64,000 nucleotides of DNA from Alistipes sp. Lineage in GTDB: Bacteria; Bacteroidota; Bacteroidia; Bacteroidales; Rikenellaceae. Within the stretch, counting starts at the first letter, position 1. Every line of letters begins with the position of its first letter. Location of the stretch: positions 63,733 to 127,732 of the forward strand of contig JAZQYI010000003.1 of assembly GCA_045633445.1 (NCBI GenBank), written 5' to 3'. The translations under genes and the position numbers were made by a program. The notes under the pieces were generated by a model. The model had not been told where the DNA came from. It made no database searches and saw only the letters and a list, made by a program, of their open reading frames with translations. Positions 10,800 to 19,526 of the stretch are shown piece by piece.

Positions 10800-11573
10800 A
10801 TGAAACGACTTTTATCCGCCATATTGTTATCTCAAATTCTCTTTATTGGTTGTTATGACAACCATAAAGAGCCAGAGTCGTTTGGTCAGCAGCAGATTGG
10901 AACCACCACTATTGCCAATGTATATGCAATGTGCAACGGTAGCAATGTGTTACCAATCAAGGCCGACATATCTATTCGTGGAGTGGTTGTTTCGTCTGAC
11001 AGTCAGAGCTTTATCAACAAGGCGATATATATTGACGACGGCACGGCAACGGCAAAGATTTGCATCAATATGAGCCAAAGTTCATCACTCTACCCCGAGG
11101 GTGCAAGGGTGACGGTACTACTCAAAGGTTTGGTAGCAACTATTCGCGACTATCAGCTCCATATTGCAGTAAGAGATAGCAAGGAGCCAACCGAGATTGA
11201 AGGCATACAATCCGAAGTGCTATTAGATAGGCATATATCGTGTGAAGATACCCCATATCCACTTGAGCCACAGATAGTTCAGCCACATCAACTCTCTTCA
11301 CTACTCTGCGGTAAACTCGTGCGACTCGAGGGTATGCGACACAGCCCGACAAGCGAGATCGATACATACATTGCTGGTGGTTTTCACCGTTTTGCCAATC
11401 TGCAAGGCGACTACACATACATCTACATCGACCCCTATAGCGCAGCCGTTGACAAAGTTCTACCGAGTGGCGAGATAACCATCACGGGCATTGTCACCTG
11501 GCATAGCGACATCTTTGGCGACACAAACGCCATTGCCCTACTGCCGAGGTACAAGAGCGATATAGGGATGTAA
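10800..11573 (+). CDS. Lipoprotein with OB-fold domains, DUF5689-like
   Basis: Lipobox LFIGC; IRGVVVSSD..FINKAIYIDDGT and ITGIV segments. Confidence 0.7.
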   Translation: MKRLLSAILLSQILFIGCYDNHKEPESFGQQQIGTTTIANVYAMCNGSNVLPIKADISIRGVVVSSDSQSFINKAIYIDDGTATAKICINMSQSSSLYPEGARVTVLLKGLVATIRDYQLHIAVRDSKEPTEIEGIQSEVLLDRHISCEDTPYPLEPQIVQPHQLSSLLCGKLVRLEGMRHSPTSEIDTYIAGGFHRFANLQGDYTYIYIDPYSAAVDKVLPSGEITITGIVTWHSDIFGDTNAIALLPRYKSDIGM

Positions 11574-11610
11574 AATAAAAGAGAGGGGCGAACCCCTCTC
11601 TTTTATTTTA
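11571..11610. terminator. Bidirectional intrinsic terminator
   Basis: Perfect 18-bp inverted repeat TAAAATAAAAGAGAGGGG-cgaa-CCCCTCTCTTTTATTTTA between convergent genes. Confidence 0.92.
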
Positions 11611-13045
11611 CACTTTTCAGCACATCGAGCAGCAGTGCCCAGAACTTATCGACAGTAGCAATCTCAAGACGCTCATCTGGCGAGTGTACGCCACGAAGAG
11701 TAGGGCCGAAAGAGACCATCTCAAGATGCGGATACTTCTCAAGGAACAGACCGCACTCAAGACCTGCGTGGATTGCGCGCACCTTTGGCTCAGCACCAAA
11801 GAGTCGCTTATATGACTCAACGGTTGTGGCGAGCAGTGCTGACGATGGGTCTGGAGTCCAACCCGGGTAGCCGTCAGAGTGCTCAACCTCAGCACCTGCA
11901 AGGGCAAGAACAGCCTCAATGCTATGCATTGCATCGCGCTTTGCACGCTCAACAGATGAGCGCTGAGATGTTGTCACCACAATCTTACCATCCACCCACT
12001 TTACAGATGCGAGGTTTGTAGATGTCTCCACAAGACCCTTCATTGTCTGAGACATTGCAAGCACACCATTTGGCAGACCAACAAGTGCAGAGAGCAGTGC
12101 CGACTGCGTATCCTCGTCGATTACTGGCTGCAGAGCTGCCTCGCCAACGGTAATCTTGAGGTTTGGCTCGGTCGGTGCATAGAGCGCCTTAACTGCTGAG
12201 ATATAGGTTGCAAGAGCGGTCTCAAAGAGCAGTGCAGTCTGCTCAGGAACAGCCACAACAGCATATGCCTCACGCGGAATTGCATTACGAAGGTTGCCGC
12301 CATCGAACATACCCAAACGGATGCCATAACGCTGTACGTCGTACAAGAAATTGGCCAAAATCTTATTGGCATTGCCCAGTCCCTTATCGATATCGTCGCC
12401 CGAGTGGCCACCCTTAAGACCTGAAACATTAATGCGGTAGAGAAGATACTCACCCTCAAGAGTCTCAGTAGTATAGTCGAAGCGTGCAAGGGTATCTACA
12501 CCACCTGCACAGCCGATAAATATCTCGCCCTCATCCTCCGAGTCGAGGTTAATCAGATACTTACCAGTAAGCATACCCTCGCCGAGGTTGAATGCACCAG
12601 TAAGGCCAGTCTCCTCATCAACGGTAAAGAGTGCCTCGATTGCTCCGTGCTCAATTGTAGGGTCAATAAGCACCGCCAGTGCCGCAGCCATACCGATACC
12701 ACAGTCAGCACCAAGAGTTGTACCCTCAGCCTTTACCCAGCCGTCAACAATCTTTGTACGGATAGGGTCGGTGTCGAAGTTATGAACGGTATCTGAGTTT
12801 TTCTCGCACACCATATCCATATGCGACTGCAGAATAATTGTCGGCAGAGCCTCATAGCCCGCAGTGGCAGCCTTACGAATAACGACATTACCAATATCGT
12901 CACGCTGGCACTCAAGCGAGTGCTTTGCAGCAAAGGCAATCAGGTACTCGATAATCTTCTCCTCACGCTTTGATGGGCGTGGAACGGCTGTAATCTCATC
13001 AAAAATCTCCCAGATGAGTTTTGGTTGTAAATCTCTAATAGTCAT
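11603..13045 (-). CDS. pepD: Aminoacyl-histidine dipeptidase (M20)
   Basis: ILQSHMDMVCEK, TTLGADCGIG, TVDEETGL, NLDSED, IHAGLECG and VHSPDE motifs. Confidence 0.95.
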   Translation of the reverse strand: MTIRDLQPKLIWEIFDEITAVPRPSKREEKIIEYLIAFAAKHSLECQRDDIGNVVIRKAATAGYEALPTIILQSHMDMVCEKNSDTVHNFDTDPIRTKIVDGWVKAEGTTLGADCGIGMAAALAVLIDPTIEHGAIEALFTVDEETGLTGAFNLGEGMLTGKYLINLDSEDEGEIFIGCAGGVDTLARFDYTTETLEGEYLLYRINVSGLKGGHSGDDIDKGLGNANKILANFLYDVQRYGIRLGMFDGGNLRNAIPREAYAVVAVPEQTALLFETALATYISAVKALYAPTEPNLKITVGEAALQPVIDEDTQSALLSALVGLPNGVLAMSQTMKGLVETSTNLASVKWVDGKIVVTTSQRSSVERAKRDAMHSIEAVLALAGAEVEHSDGYPGWTPDPSSALLATTVESYKRLFGAEPKVRAIHAGLECGLFLEKYPHLEMVSFGPTLRGVHSPDERLEIATVDKFWALLLDVLKSVK

Positions 13046-13051
13046 AAGTAT

Positions 13052-13531
13052 TTATTGTTTATAAATTAGCACTACAGCAGTTGCTGACACACCCTTCTCC
13101 TCGCCCTCAAAGCCGAGATGTTCGGTTGTGGTTGCCTTGACCGATACGCAATCTGTAGCTATGCCGATAGTTTGAGCTATCTGCTCACGCATAGCGTCAA
13201 TATATGGACGAAGTTTAGGGCGCTGCATAGCTATTGTCGAGTCGACATTGCCGACCTTATAGCCACTTTCTGCAAGCAGTTCAACAACCTTAGCAAGTAG
13301 TTTACGCGAATCGATACCCTTAAACTCGGCAGAGCTATCGGGGAAGTGCTTACCAATATCGCCCAATGCCGCAGCACCAAGCAGCGCATCACAGATAGCG
13401 TGCAGCAACACATCTCCGTCCGAGTGGGCAATGCAACCCTTTGTATGGGGTATCTCTACCCCACCTAGCACAAGTCGAAGACCCTCGCCCAGGGCGTGAA
13501 CATCGTATCCGTGACCAATTCTGAAGTTCAT
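13052..13531 (-). CDS. ispF: 2-C-methyl-D-erythritol 2,4-cyclodiphosphate synthase
   Basis: Start set at MNFRIGHGYDVH; AHSDGDVLLHAICDALLGA and KATTTEHLGF motifs. Confidence 0.97.
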   Translation of the reverse strand: MNFRIGHGYDVHALGEGLRLVLGGVEIPHTKGCIAHSDGDVLLHAICDALLGAAALGDIGKHFPDSSAEFKGIDSRKLLAKVVELLAESGYKVGNVDSTIAMQRPKLRPYIDAMREQIAQTIGIATDCVSVKATTTEHLGFEGEEKGVSATAVVLIYKQ

Positions 13532-13532
13532 A

Positions 13533-14825
13533 CTATATAAATATATATTTGAGTACAAAGAGTATTGCCAGAATATACATTGCTGGAGTAATCTTACTGA
13601 ACTTACCGCAAATCATATTCATCAGCACATACGAAATCATACCGAGCAGAATACCGTTTGAAATTGAGTATGAGAGTGGCATCATCACAATACAAACGAA
13701 TGCTGGAATAGCCTCCGAGAAGTCATCAAATGGAATGCTTACAATAGGCTCCATCATCAGCAGACCCACGATAATCAGTGCAGGGGCTGTTGCAGCTGCA
13801 GGAATAGAGAGGAAGAGTGGCGAGAAGAAGAGCGCCACAGCAAAGCACATTGCCACAGAGAATGCGGTAAGGCCTGAACGACCACCCTGAGCAACACCTG
13901 CTGCACTCTCGACATATGTTGTAGTTGTCGAGGTGCCGAGCATTGCACCCGCAGTAGTTGCAATAGCATCTGCCATAAACGCCTGCTTAAGACGACGGAT
14001 ATTTCCCTTCTCATCAACCATATGCGACTTCGTACACACTCCAATAAGTGTACCTACAGTATCAAACATATCGATAAAGAAGAAGGTAAAGACAATTATC
14101 ACCATATCCATCGAGAAGATATTCTTAAACTCAAACTGGCAGAAGATTGAGCTGATAGACTCAGGCTTAGAGAGCACGCCCTTGAACTCAGTAACGCCCA
14201 TCGGAATACCGATAAGCATTGTAATAAGAATTCCGATAAGGATTGCGCCAGGGACATTACGCATAAACATAAAGCCTGTGATAAGCAGACCTATAAGGGC
14301 AAGCAGTGCAGAGCCAGAGGTAATATCACCAAGGGCAACGAGTGTAGCATCGTTATTGACGATAACACCAGCACTGTTAAAACCGATAAATGTGATAAAG
14401 AGTCCGATACCTACACCAATGGCTTTACGAAGATTAAGAGGTATTGCCTCAACAATCTTTTCGCGGACATTTGTAATGGTAAGGAGTATAAAGATTATAC
14501 CCTCAATAAGTACGGCTGTCAAGGCAAACTGCCAGCTATAGCCCATACCGATACATACACTATAGACAAAAAAGGCGTTCAGACCCATTCCTGGAGCAAG
14601 TCCAAACGGGAGTTTGCCCAAAAATGCCATTGCCAAACAGCCGACAATAGCGGCAAGAGCAGTCGCTGTAAACACCGCACCACTCGACATTCCGTCAAGC
14701 AAGCTAAACATTGAAGGGTTTACTGCAAGGATGTAAGACATTGTAAGGAATGTAGTAATTCCCGCCAAAATCTCAGTCTTAACTGTGGTCTGTTTCGGAT
14801 CAAAACCGAAGAGTTTCGTAAGCAT
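13533..14825 (-). CDS. NCS2 family purine permease (AzgA/PbuG-like)
   Basis: EILAGITTFLTMSYILAVNP, LAPGMGLNAFF and TTYVESAAGVAQGGRSGLT motifs. Confidence 0.92.
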   Translation of the reverse strand: MLTKLFGFDPKQTTVKTEILAGITTFLTMSYILAVNPSMFSLLDGMSSGAVFTATALAAIVGCLAMAFLGKLPFGLAPGMGLNAFFVYSVCIGMGYSWQFALTAVLIEGIIFILLTITNVREKIVEAIPLNLRKAIGVGIGLFITFIGFNSAGVIVNNDATLVALGDITSGSALLALIGLLITGFMFMRNVPGAILIGILITMLIGIPMGVTEFKGVLSKPESISSIFCQFEFKNIFSMDMVIIVFTFFFIDMFDTVGTLIGVCTKSHMVDEKGNIRRLKQAFMADAIATTAGAMLGTSTTTTYVESAAGVAQGGRSGLTAFSVAMCFAVALFFSPLFLSIPAAATAPALIIVGLLMMEPIVSIPFDDFSEAIPAFVCIVMMPLSYSISNGILLGMISYVLMNMICGKFSKITPAMYILAILFVLKYIFI

Positions 14826-14846
14826 TGTTAGTTAGTTTAATGTGTG

Positions 14847-15557
14847 TTAGAATGTCCATTTAAGCGCAAGGGTCGGATTTACAACAAAACCCTTATTGAC
14901 AAAGTTGCAAGAGAGTTCAACCTCAGTACCGACACTAAGATTCATCTTCTCACAGCCCTTGATATTTCTGAGATTTACCCACAACTGCGGCTCGGCAAGA
15001 AAGATAAACTCTGTTGTCTGCCAAGGGCGAGCCTCACGCCAGAAGTCCGCAAAGCCGTTGAATGATATCCAGTGTTTGAAAAAGTCGAGATTCCACACAC
15101 CTGTAATCTGGAAGTTGTGCGGCTGCTTATCTCCACCAAGACCTATAGTACCCGGAATAGCCTTATATGAAGCGGTAATAGACCAGGTTTTACTCCAATC
15201 CTTAGAGTGGCCAGAGTATGTCGCACCAACAAGGAACGAGTTGTTAAAAGAGCCCGCAACGGTGTTCAGGCCACCGTTATACTCAACGTGAGCAGAGAGC
15301 CAACCAAGTTTACTCTTCTGCCAGAAGCAGATCTCACGAGCAATCTCCCAATATGCACCATTCACCTTTGGAGAGTAGTCCATATCTACAAAGAAGAAGG
15401 TGCTTCCTCCGCCATCGGGACGAAACATCTCTACAGTAGTTGTTGCACAACCGCGACCAAAATCATAGTGTAACTGCACATTTTGACTAAAGGCACTGTT
15501 TGCTGTAAAGAGAAACAAACCTACAGTCAGGGCTAAAGTTAACCTAAATCTCTTCAT
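14847..15557 (-). CDS. Outer-membrane protein, DUF5020 / Tsx-like nucleoside channel
   Basis: Start set at MKRFRLTL; signal peptide then QNVQLHYDFGR..TTTVEMFRPD..GSTFFFVD; ends in terminal Phe (ALKWTF). Confidence 0.75.
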   Translation of the reverse strand: MKRFRLTLALTVGLFLFTANSAFSQNVQLHYDFGRGCATTTVEMFRPDGGGSTFFFVDMDYSPKVNGAYWEIAREICFWQKSKLGWLSAHVEYNGGLNTVAGSFNNSFLVGATYSGHSKDWSKTWSITASYKAIPGTIGLGGDKQPHNFQITGVWNLDFFKHWISFNGFADFWREARPWQTTEFIFLAEPQLWVNLRNIKGCEKMNLSVGTEVELSCNFVNKGFVVNPTLALKWTF

Positions 15558-15687
15558 AGTGGTAGTAGTTATAAATTTACGCAAATATAACAATAAGAAT
15601 ATGAAATAGCAAATAGATAACACTCTATAATATCTATTTGGTTTCAAATTTGCTACCGATGGATTGTAATCAAAAATAATAAACACT

Positions 15688-16275
15688 ATGAAACGGAAAA
15701 TCTTCACACTACTACTGCTACTGATAGGCACGGTGGCAATTGTTACGGTCGTGCGTTCACAATCGAGCAAAACGACTCAACAGAGAGCCTCAACCTCTCA
15801 AAAACCAATTAATGACACCCGTGAGCAGCGCCATAAGGAGCGTGAGCAGCGTCGTGCCGAAAGGCTTGCTGAGTACGAGCGATTTATGGACTCAATAGTA
15901 CTTGCGCGCAACTACAAATTCATCCCCTCATCGGTGCAGCAGGAGCCTGCCGGGCCTACTCGTCTGCTGAGCAACCCCAACTATGAACTATCTGTTTGGG
16001 GCTCGGAGGTGGATGTCTGTCTGCCATATATCAAAGGTGTAACTCCGCCGTACTACTTCGTTCTGCTCAACTATACCTTGCCATTTGTGGATAGATACAC
16101 CACCGAGCAGACCCACGACGGCTGGAATGTAACCTTCTCCTCAACGCTCTTCTCTGCAACGGAGTACAACTTTACACTCGACATCTACGCCTCCTCGGGT
16201 ACCGCAACGCTTACCATCGCCTCAACGTGGTACCCTGATGTGCAGTATAACGGCTCGATAGTGAGTGTTAATTAG
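15688..16275 (+). CDS. Secreted protein, DUF4251-like
   Basis: Signal peptide, charged helical linker, then VDVCLPYIKG...ATLTIAS...VQYNGSI beta domain. Confidence 0.6.
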   Translation: MKRKIFTLLLLLIGTVAIVTVVRSQSSKTTQQRASTSQKPINDTREQRHKEREQRRAERLAEYERFMDSIVLARNYKFIPSSVQQEPAGPTRLLSNPNYELSVWGSEVDVCLPYIKGVTPPYYFVLLNYTLPFVDRYTTEQTHDGWNVTFSSTLFSATEYNFTLDIYASSGTATLTIASTWYPDVQYNGSIVSVN

Positions 16276-16276
16276 G

Positions 16277-16430
16277 CTGTTGGCTATTAACTGTTGCGGA
16301 TTTAGGATAGCCTGAAGGCTATTCAATAAAATAAAACCCTTCACTTTCAAGCAAGCTTGAGTGAGGGGTTTTCTTTTATTGCGCTATCTCTGATAGCATC
16401 CTAAATCCGAGAACGGCTGATACTAAAACT
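16277..16430 (+). repeat. Heptamer-flanked foldback with nested terminator-like hairpin
   Basis: CTGTTGG CTATTAA CTGTTGC directly after the stop codon. 12-bp inverted repeat CGGATTTAGGAT/ATCCTAAATCCG (16297-16409). Inner stem AATAAAATAAAACCCTTCACT/AGTGAGGGGTTTTCTTTTATT. Confidence 0.7.
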
Positions 16431-16449
16431 ATACAAAAATATTGACATT

Positions 16450-16482
16450 CCCCCTAAATCCCCCTTTGGCAAAGGGGGACTT
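16450..16482 (+). repeat. C-rich REP-like hairpin
   Basis: CCCCCTAAATCCCCCTTTGGCAAAGGGGGACTT; related copies at 56401-56432 and, inverted, at 56487-56512. Confidence 0.6.
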
Positions 16483-16556
16483 GGTCGCTTCGCTCCGAGG
16501 TGCAAAAATCAAGCGGGTTTGATGGCTACGCAGTACGAGATAACGGCTATTAAGAG

Positions 16557-16745
16557 TTCGCACTCAGATTACTCTGTGCTCTCATTTGTCGCCAAAAGGT
16601 TTAATTAAGGTGACGGAATTTTGGTGTCAGAGCGTGTTAGAGATGGTGCATCGTGAAAAAAATTAGTGGCGGATAGTACAAAACGTACAGCCGCCACTGA
16701 TTTTTAAGCGATGTGCCATATATGACACGCTATCACACCAAAATT
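16557..16745 (+). repeat. Cluster 2 of the nested-palindrome element family (leader, mini-element and full 125-bp element)
   Basis: Leader 16557-16600; mini-hairpin ATTTGTCGCC...GGTGACGGAAT; full element 16619-16743 whose core matches 23615-23709 at 94 of 95 positions. Confidence 0.9.
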
Positions 16746-19521
16746 ATTTCATTAGGGTGTAGTCGTAGTCGGAAGTAACCTCACTACAAACATACTTACG
16801 ACCAAAACGGTCAGTAGCCTCAACGCGAATATCGGTACAATTCGGATTTTTGAGGGTATACTTATACATATGGTAGCAAGCGTTTGAGTAAGAGGAGTTC
16901 TTACCTCGGCCTACAACGCCGATGTGGTAGCCGATGCTCCACCAATCCTGGCTCGAGTCAGTAGGTACGAGGCACGGATATGCACCCAGATCATCTGCAT
17001 TATACTTCTTGGCAGGAATGAGGGTCATCTGACCAGTCAGTGAGCCATTTTCGTATACCTCAATCTTCCACGCAGGGTCTGCATTGAAGACATTTGCAAG
17101 CAGCACGCCGTGTCCGAGCTGAGTATTGAAGCTCTTGCTTGATGTACCACCCTTGATATCGCCACGATAAAGTCGCATCTGGTAGTCGCGAGAGTTCATA
17201 CCCTCATTGACACCCATATAGTACCAATTCTTGATGGTATTGCCCTCAATGTCGTAGACGCCGTAGCCGTTTGGCACACCGTCGCCGTTCATATTACTCC
17301 ACCACCACTGACCACATACTGCGCCGTGAACGTGCTCGTAGAGGCCACTTGAGACAATATTACGACCATAGTGTGTATGGCCCGACATAATGTGCGCCTC
17401 CTTGAACTGCTTAAGCAGAGCAATTGCGCTCTTAATATTGGCATTTGACGATGTTGAGATAGGAATATGCACACAGAGGATAACCAATTTATCCTTCGGA
17501 ACGACAGCCAAATCCTGACGTAGCCACTCAAGCTGCTCGGCAGTAAAGGTTGTAGAGTATGAGTTCCAAGTGTCATTCTTGCTCCACTGCATAGTACGCA
17601 TACCGATAATATGCGCATCACCACGATTCCACGAGTAGTTAATTGGGCCAAAGACAGTCTCAAATGCTCGCTGCATCTTGATATTATATGTTGAAGAGGT
17701 AGCGTCGGCATTGATTGGCTTATTTGTGTGGAAGTATGTGTAGTCGTGGTTACCCATAACCTGGAAGATAGGCATACCCGATTTGTCTACGTGCATCTTA
17801 TCGCGCATATCGTCCATAAAGGCCTCATTATCTCGGTTGCCCTCAGAGTAGACAACATCACCAAGAGTAGTACCATAACAAGGGGCACTCTTTGTAGCTG
17901 CGTGTGCCTTGATTGCAGGGATAGACTCGTTTGCAAAACGGTCTCCGTGGCGGCGGCCATTATTATCCGTCTCGCGATCATCCTTACACTGCGGATCGGC
18001 AAGGCAGAAGAGCGTGAAGGCACTCTCCTTACCGCCTGGAAGTTTGGTAAGGGTGAAGTTGTAGACAGTGTTCTTTCGATCGTATCTTGCAAAGAAGCAA
18101 GGCTGACCATAACTATTTGTTTCGACCTTACAATCTGCAGGTACGGTGTAGTAGATATACCAACAATCCTTGTGCGGAGTGATTGTGTACTTACCCGCAG
18201 TATCGGTTGTAACAACGCTATAACCGTCAGAGATGCTTACGCCAGCAGCAGGTGTGCCGTCAGAGTAGGTTACAGTGCCTGTAACTTCAACCTTTGGAGC
18301 CTCCTTAAACGCCTTAAGGGTCACTCGAACATCGTCGAGCAGGAAACGGTTTGTCTCTGTTGCACCCAACGCACCACCGATAGCAATCGCCGTTGCATTT
18401 GTAACATCGGTAAGGGTTACGCTATACTCCTTCCAGTCAGAGAGTTTATCGCCCTCAAGAGTCAGTTTTTTCTCCGAAGCCACACTAAGATAGCTTACTG
18501 CATATGTGTCGCTATATGTAGCACCATTGAGCGCCTGAACAGTAATGTAACGCTCAGCCTCATTGACTGTTTTCTCCTCAACAGAGCCATAAGGTGCAGC
18601 CTTAAACTTCACCTCAACAGTCGCTACCCTATCCTCTGGAATAGCAGTAAGGGTCGGTGTACAGATAAATGCACGGTTGGCAGTAGTACCAATCTTCACA
18701 TAGCCCGGGCGAGCGCAGATAGAGCCACCATTGGCACCACTCTTGCCACCAATCCAACCCCATTTTTCAATGCCGATATCGTCAAGGATACCCTTCAGTG
18801 TGCTGAACAGTCCAATCTCCACACCGGCACCAGTCATATAGTAGCCAGAGTTGCTTACGGTAATTGTACCCTTGCAATCTACATCCTCATACGAAGTGAT
18901 TGAGCTACGGTCAGTACGCGACAGACCCGCGCCACGCGAGGTCATATCTCCAGCATAGATAAGACCCTCAAAGTTCTCAAACACAAGCAGGTCGTTCGGC
19001 TGCGCGTTCTTCTCAACAACGCTCTTTTTGTCGGCCGCAGAGGCTGTTGTAACAACACGAAGTGCACGCTTGTTTGAGGTGCCATCTGTAAGGTTTTCGA
19101 CCTTGACATAGTAGGTTGTACGAGGCTTAAGACCTGTGAAGATAAAGCGTGGAGGACAAGTGTTGGCAGTATAGAGCGGTTTTGAATCCACCATATTCTC
19201 CTTTACGGGGCTTACACTCGTCACAACATCTGTACAACCAGAGTTGTTGTAGAGGGTCACCTTATACTCCTTTGTAATATCCTCAGTGTAGTCAGCCTCG
19301 GCATTTGGCTCAATCTGACCGATATATGGCACATTACTCTCGGTAATAGTCCAGCCGATAGTAATAGTGCTATCGGTGGCTCTTACTAATGCCACATTCA
19401 AATTTGGATCAATCTCCACAACCGGAGGTGTGGGTGTTGGATTATCGCCATTATCCGGCTCTGGGTTACAAGCAACCAGCAGAGCCGAGAATGCGAAAAT
19501 TGACATTAAAAATCTCTTCAT
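16744..19521 (-). CDS. Surface lipoprotein, calcineurin-like metallophosphoesterase
   Basis: Lipobox LLVAC and Pro-rich linker; CLADPQ, TLGDVV, MGNHD, VHIP and SGHTH metal-binding motifs; paralogous to 19527-23156. Confidence 0.88.
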   Translation of the reverse strand: MKRFLMSIFAFSALLVACNPEPDNGDNPTPTPPVVEIDPNLNVALVRATDSTITIGWTITESNVPYIGQIEPNAEADYTEDITKEYKVTLYNNSGCTDVVTSVSPVKENMVDSKPLYTANTCPPRFIFTGLKPRTTYYVKVENLTDGTSNKRALRVVTTASAADKKSVVEKNAQPNDLLVFENFEGLIYAGDMTSRGAGLSRTDRSSITSYEDVDCKGTITVSNSGYYMTGAGVEIGLFSTLKGILDDIGIEKWGWIGGKSGANGGSICARPGYVKIGTTANRAFICTPTLTAIPEDRVATVEVKFKAAPYGSVEEKTVNEAERYITVQALNGATYSDTYAVSYLSVASEKKLTLEGDKLSDWKEYSVTLTDVTNATAIAIGGALGATETNRFLLDDVRVTLKAFKEAPKVEVTGTVTYSDGTPAAGVSISDGYSVVTTDTAGKYTITPHKDCWYIYYTVPADCKVETNSYGQPCFFARYDRKNTVYNFTLTKLPGGKESAFTLFCLADPQCKDDRETDNNGRRHGDRFANESIPAIKAHAATKSAPCYGTTLGDVVYSEGNRDNEAFMDDMRDKMHVDKSGMPIFQVMGNHDYTYFHTNKPINADATSSTYNIKMQRAFETVFGPINYSWNRGDAHIIGMRTMQWSKNDTWNSYSTTFTAEQLEWLRQDLAVVPKDKLVILCVHIPISTSSNANIKSAIALLKQFKEAHIMSGHTHYGRNIVSSGLYEHVHGAVCGQWWWSNMNGDGVPNGYGVYDIEGNTIKNWYYMGVNEGMNSRDYQMRLYRGDIKGGTSSKSFNTQLGHGVLLANVFNADPAWKIEVYENGSLTGQMTLIPAKKYNADDLGAYPCLVPTDSSQDWWSIGYHIGVVGRGKNSSYSNACYHMYKYTLKNPNCTDIRVEATDRFGRKYVCSEVTSDYDYTLMK

Positions 19522-19526
19522 CTTTT

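Noticed and set aside
15558-15687. Purine riboswitch upstream of the DUF5020-NCS2 unit
   Set aside because: No aptamer core (UAUAAU...GAUAUGG...GUUUCUAC) on the minus strand, and the leader is too short.
17728-18903. Long antisense ORFs (also 1085-1768, 38404-39375, 39557-40741, 43995-44843 and others)
   Set aside because: They lie opposite well-supported genes, show no recognisable motifs, and are expected shadows of biased codon usage.
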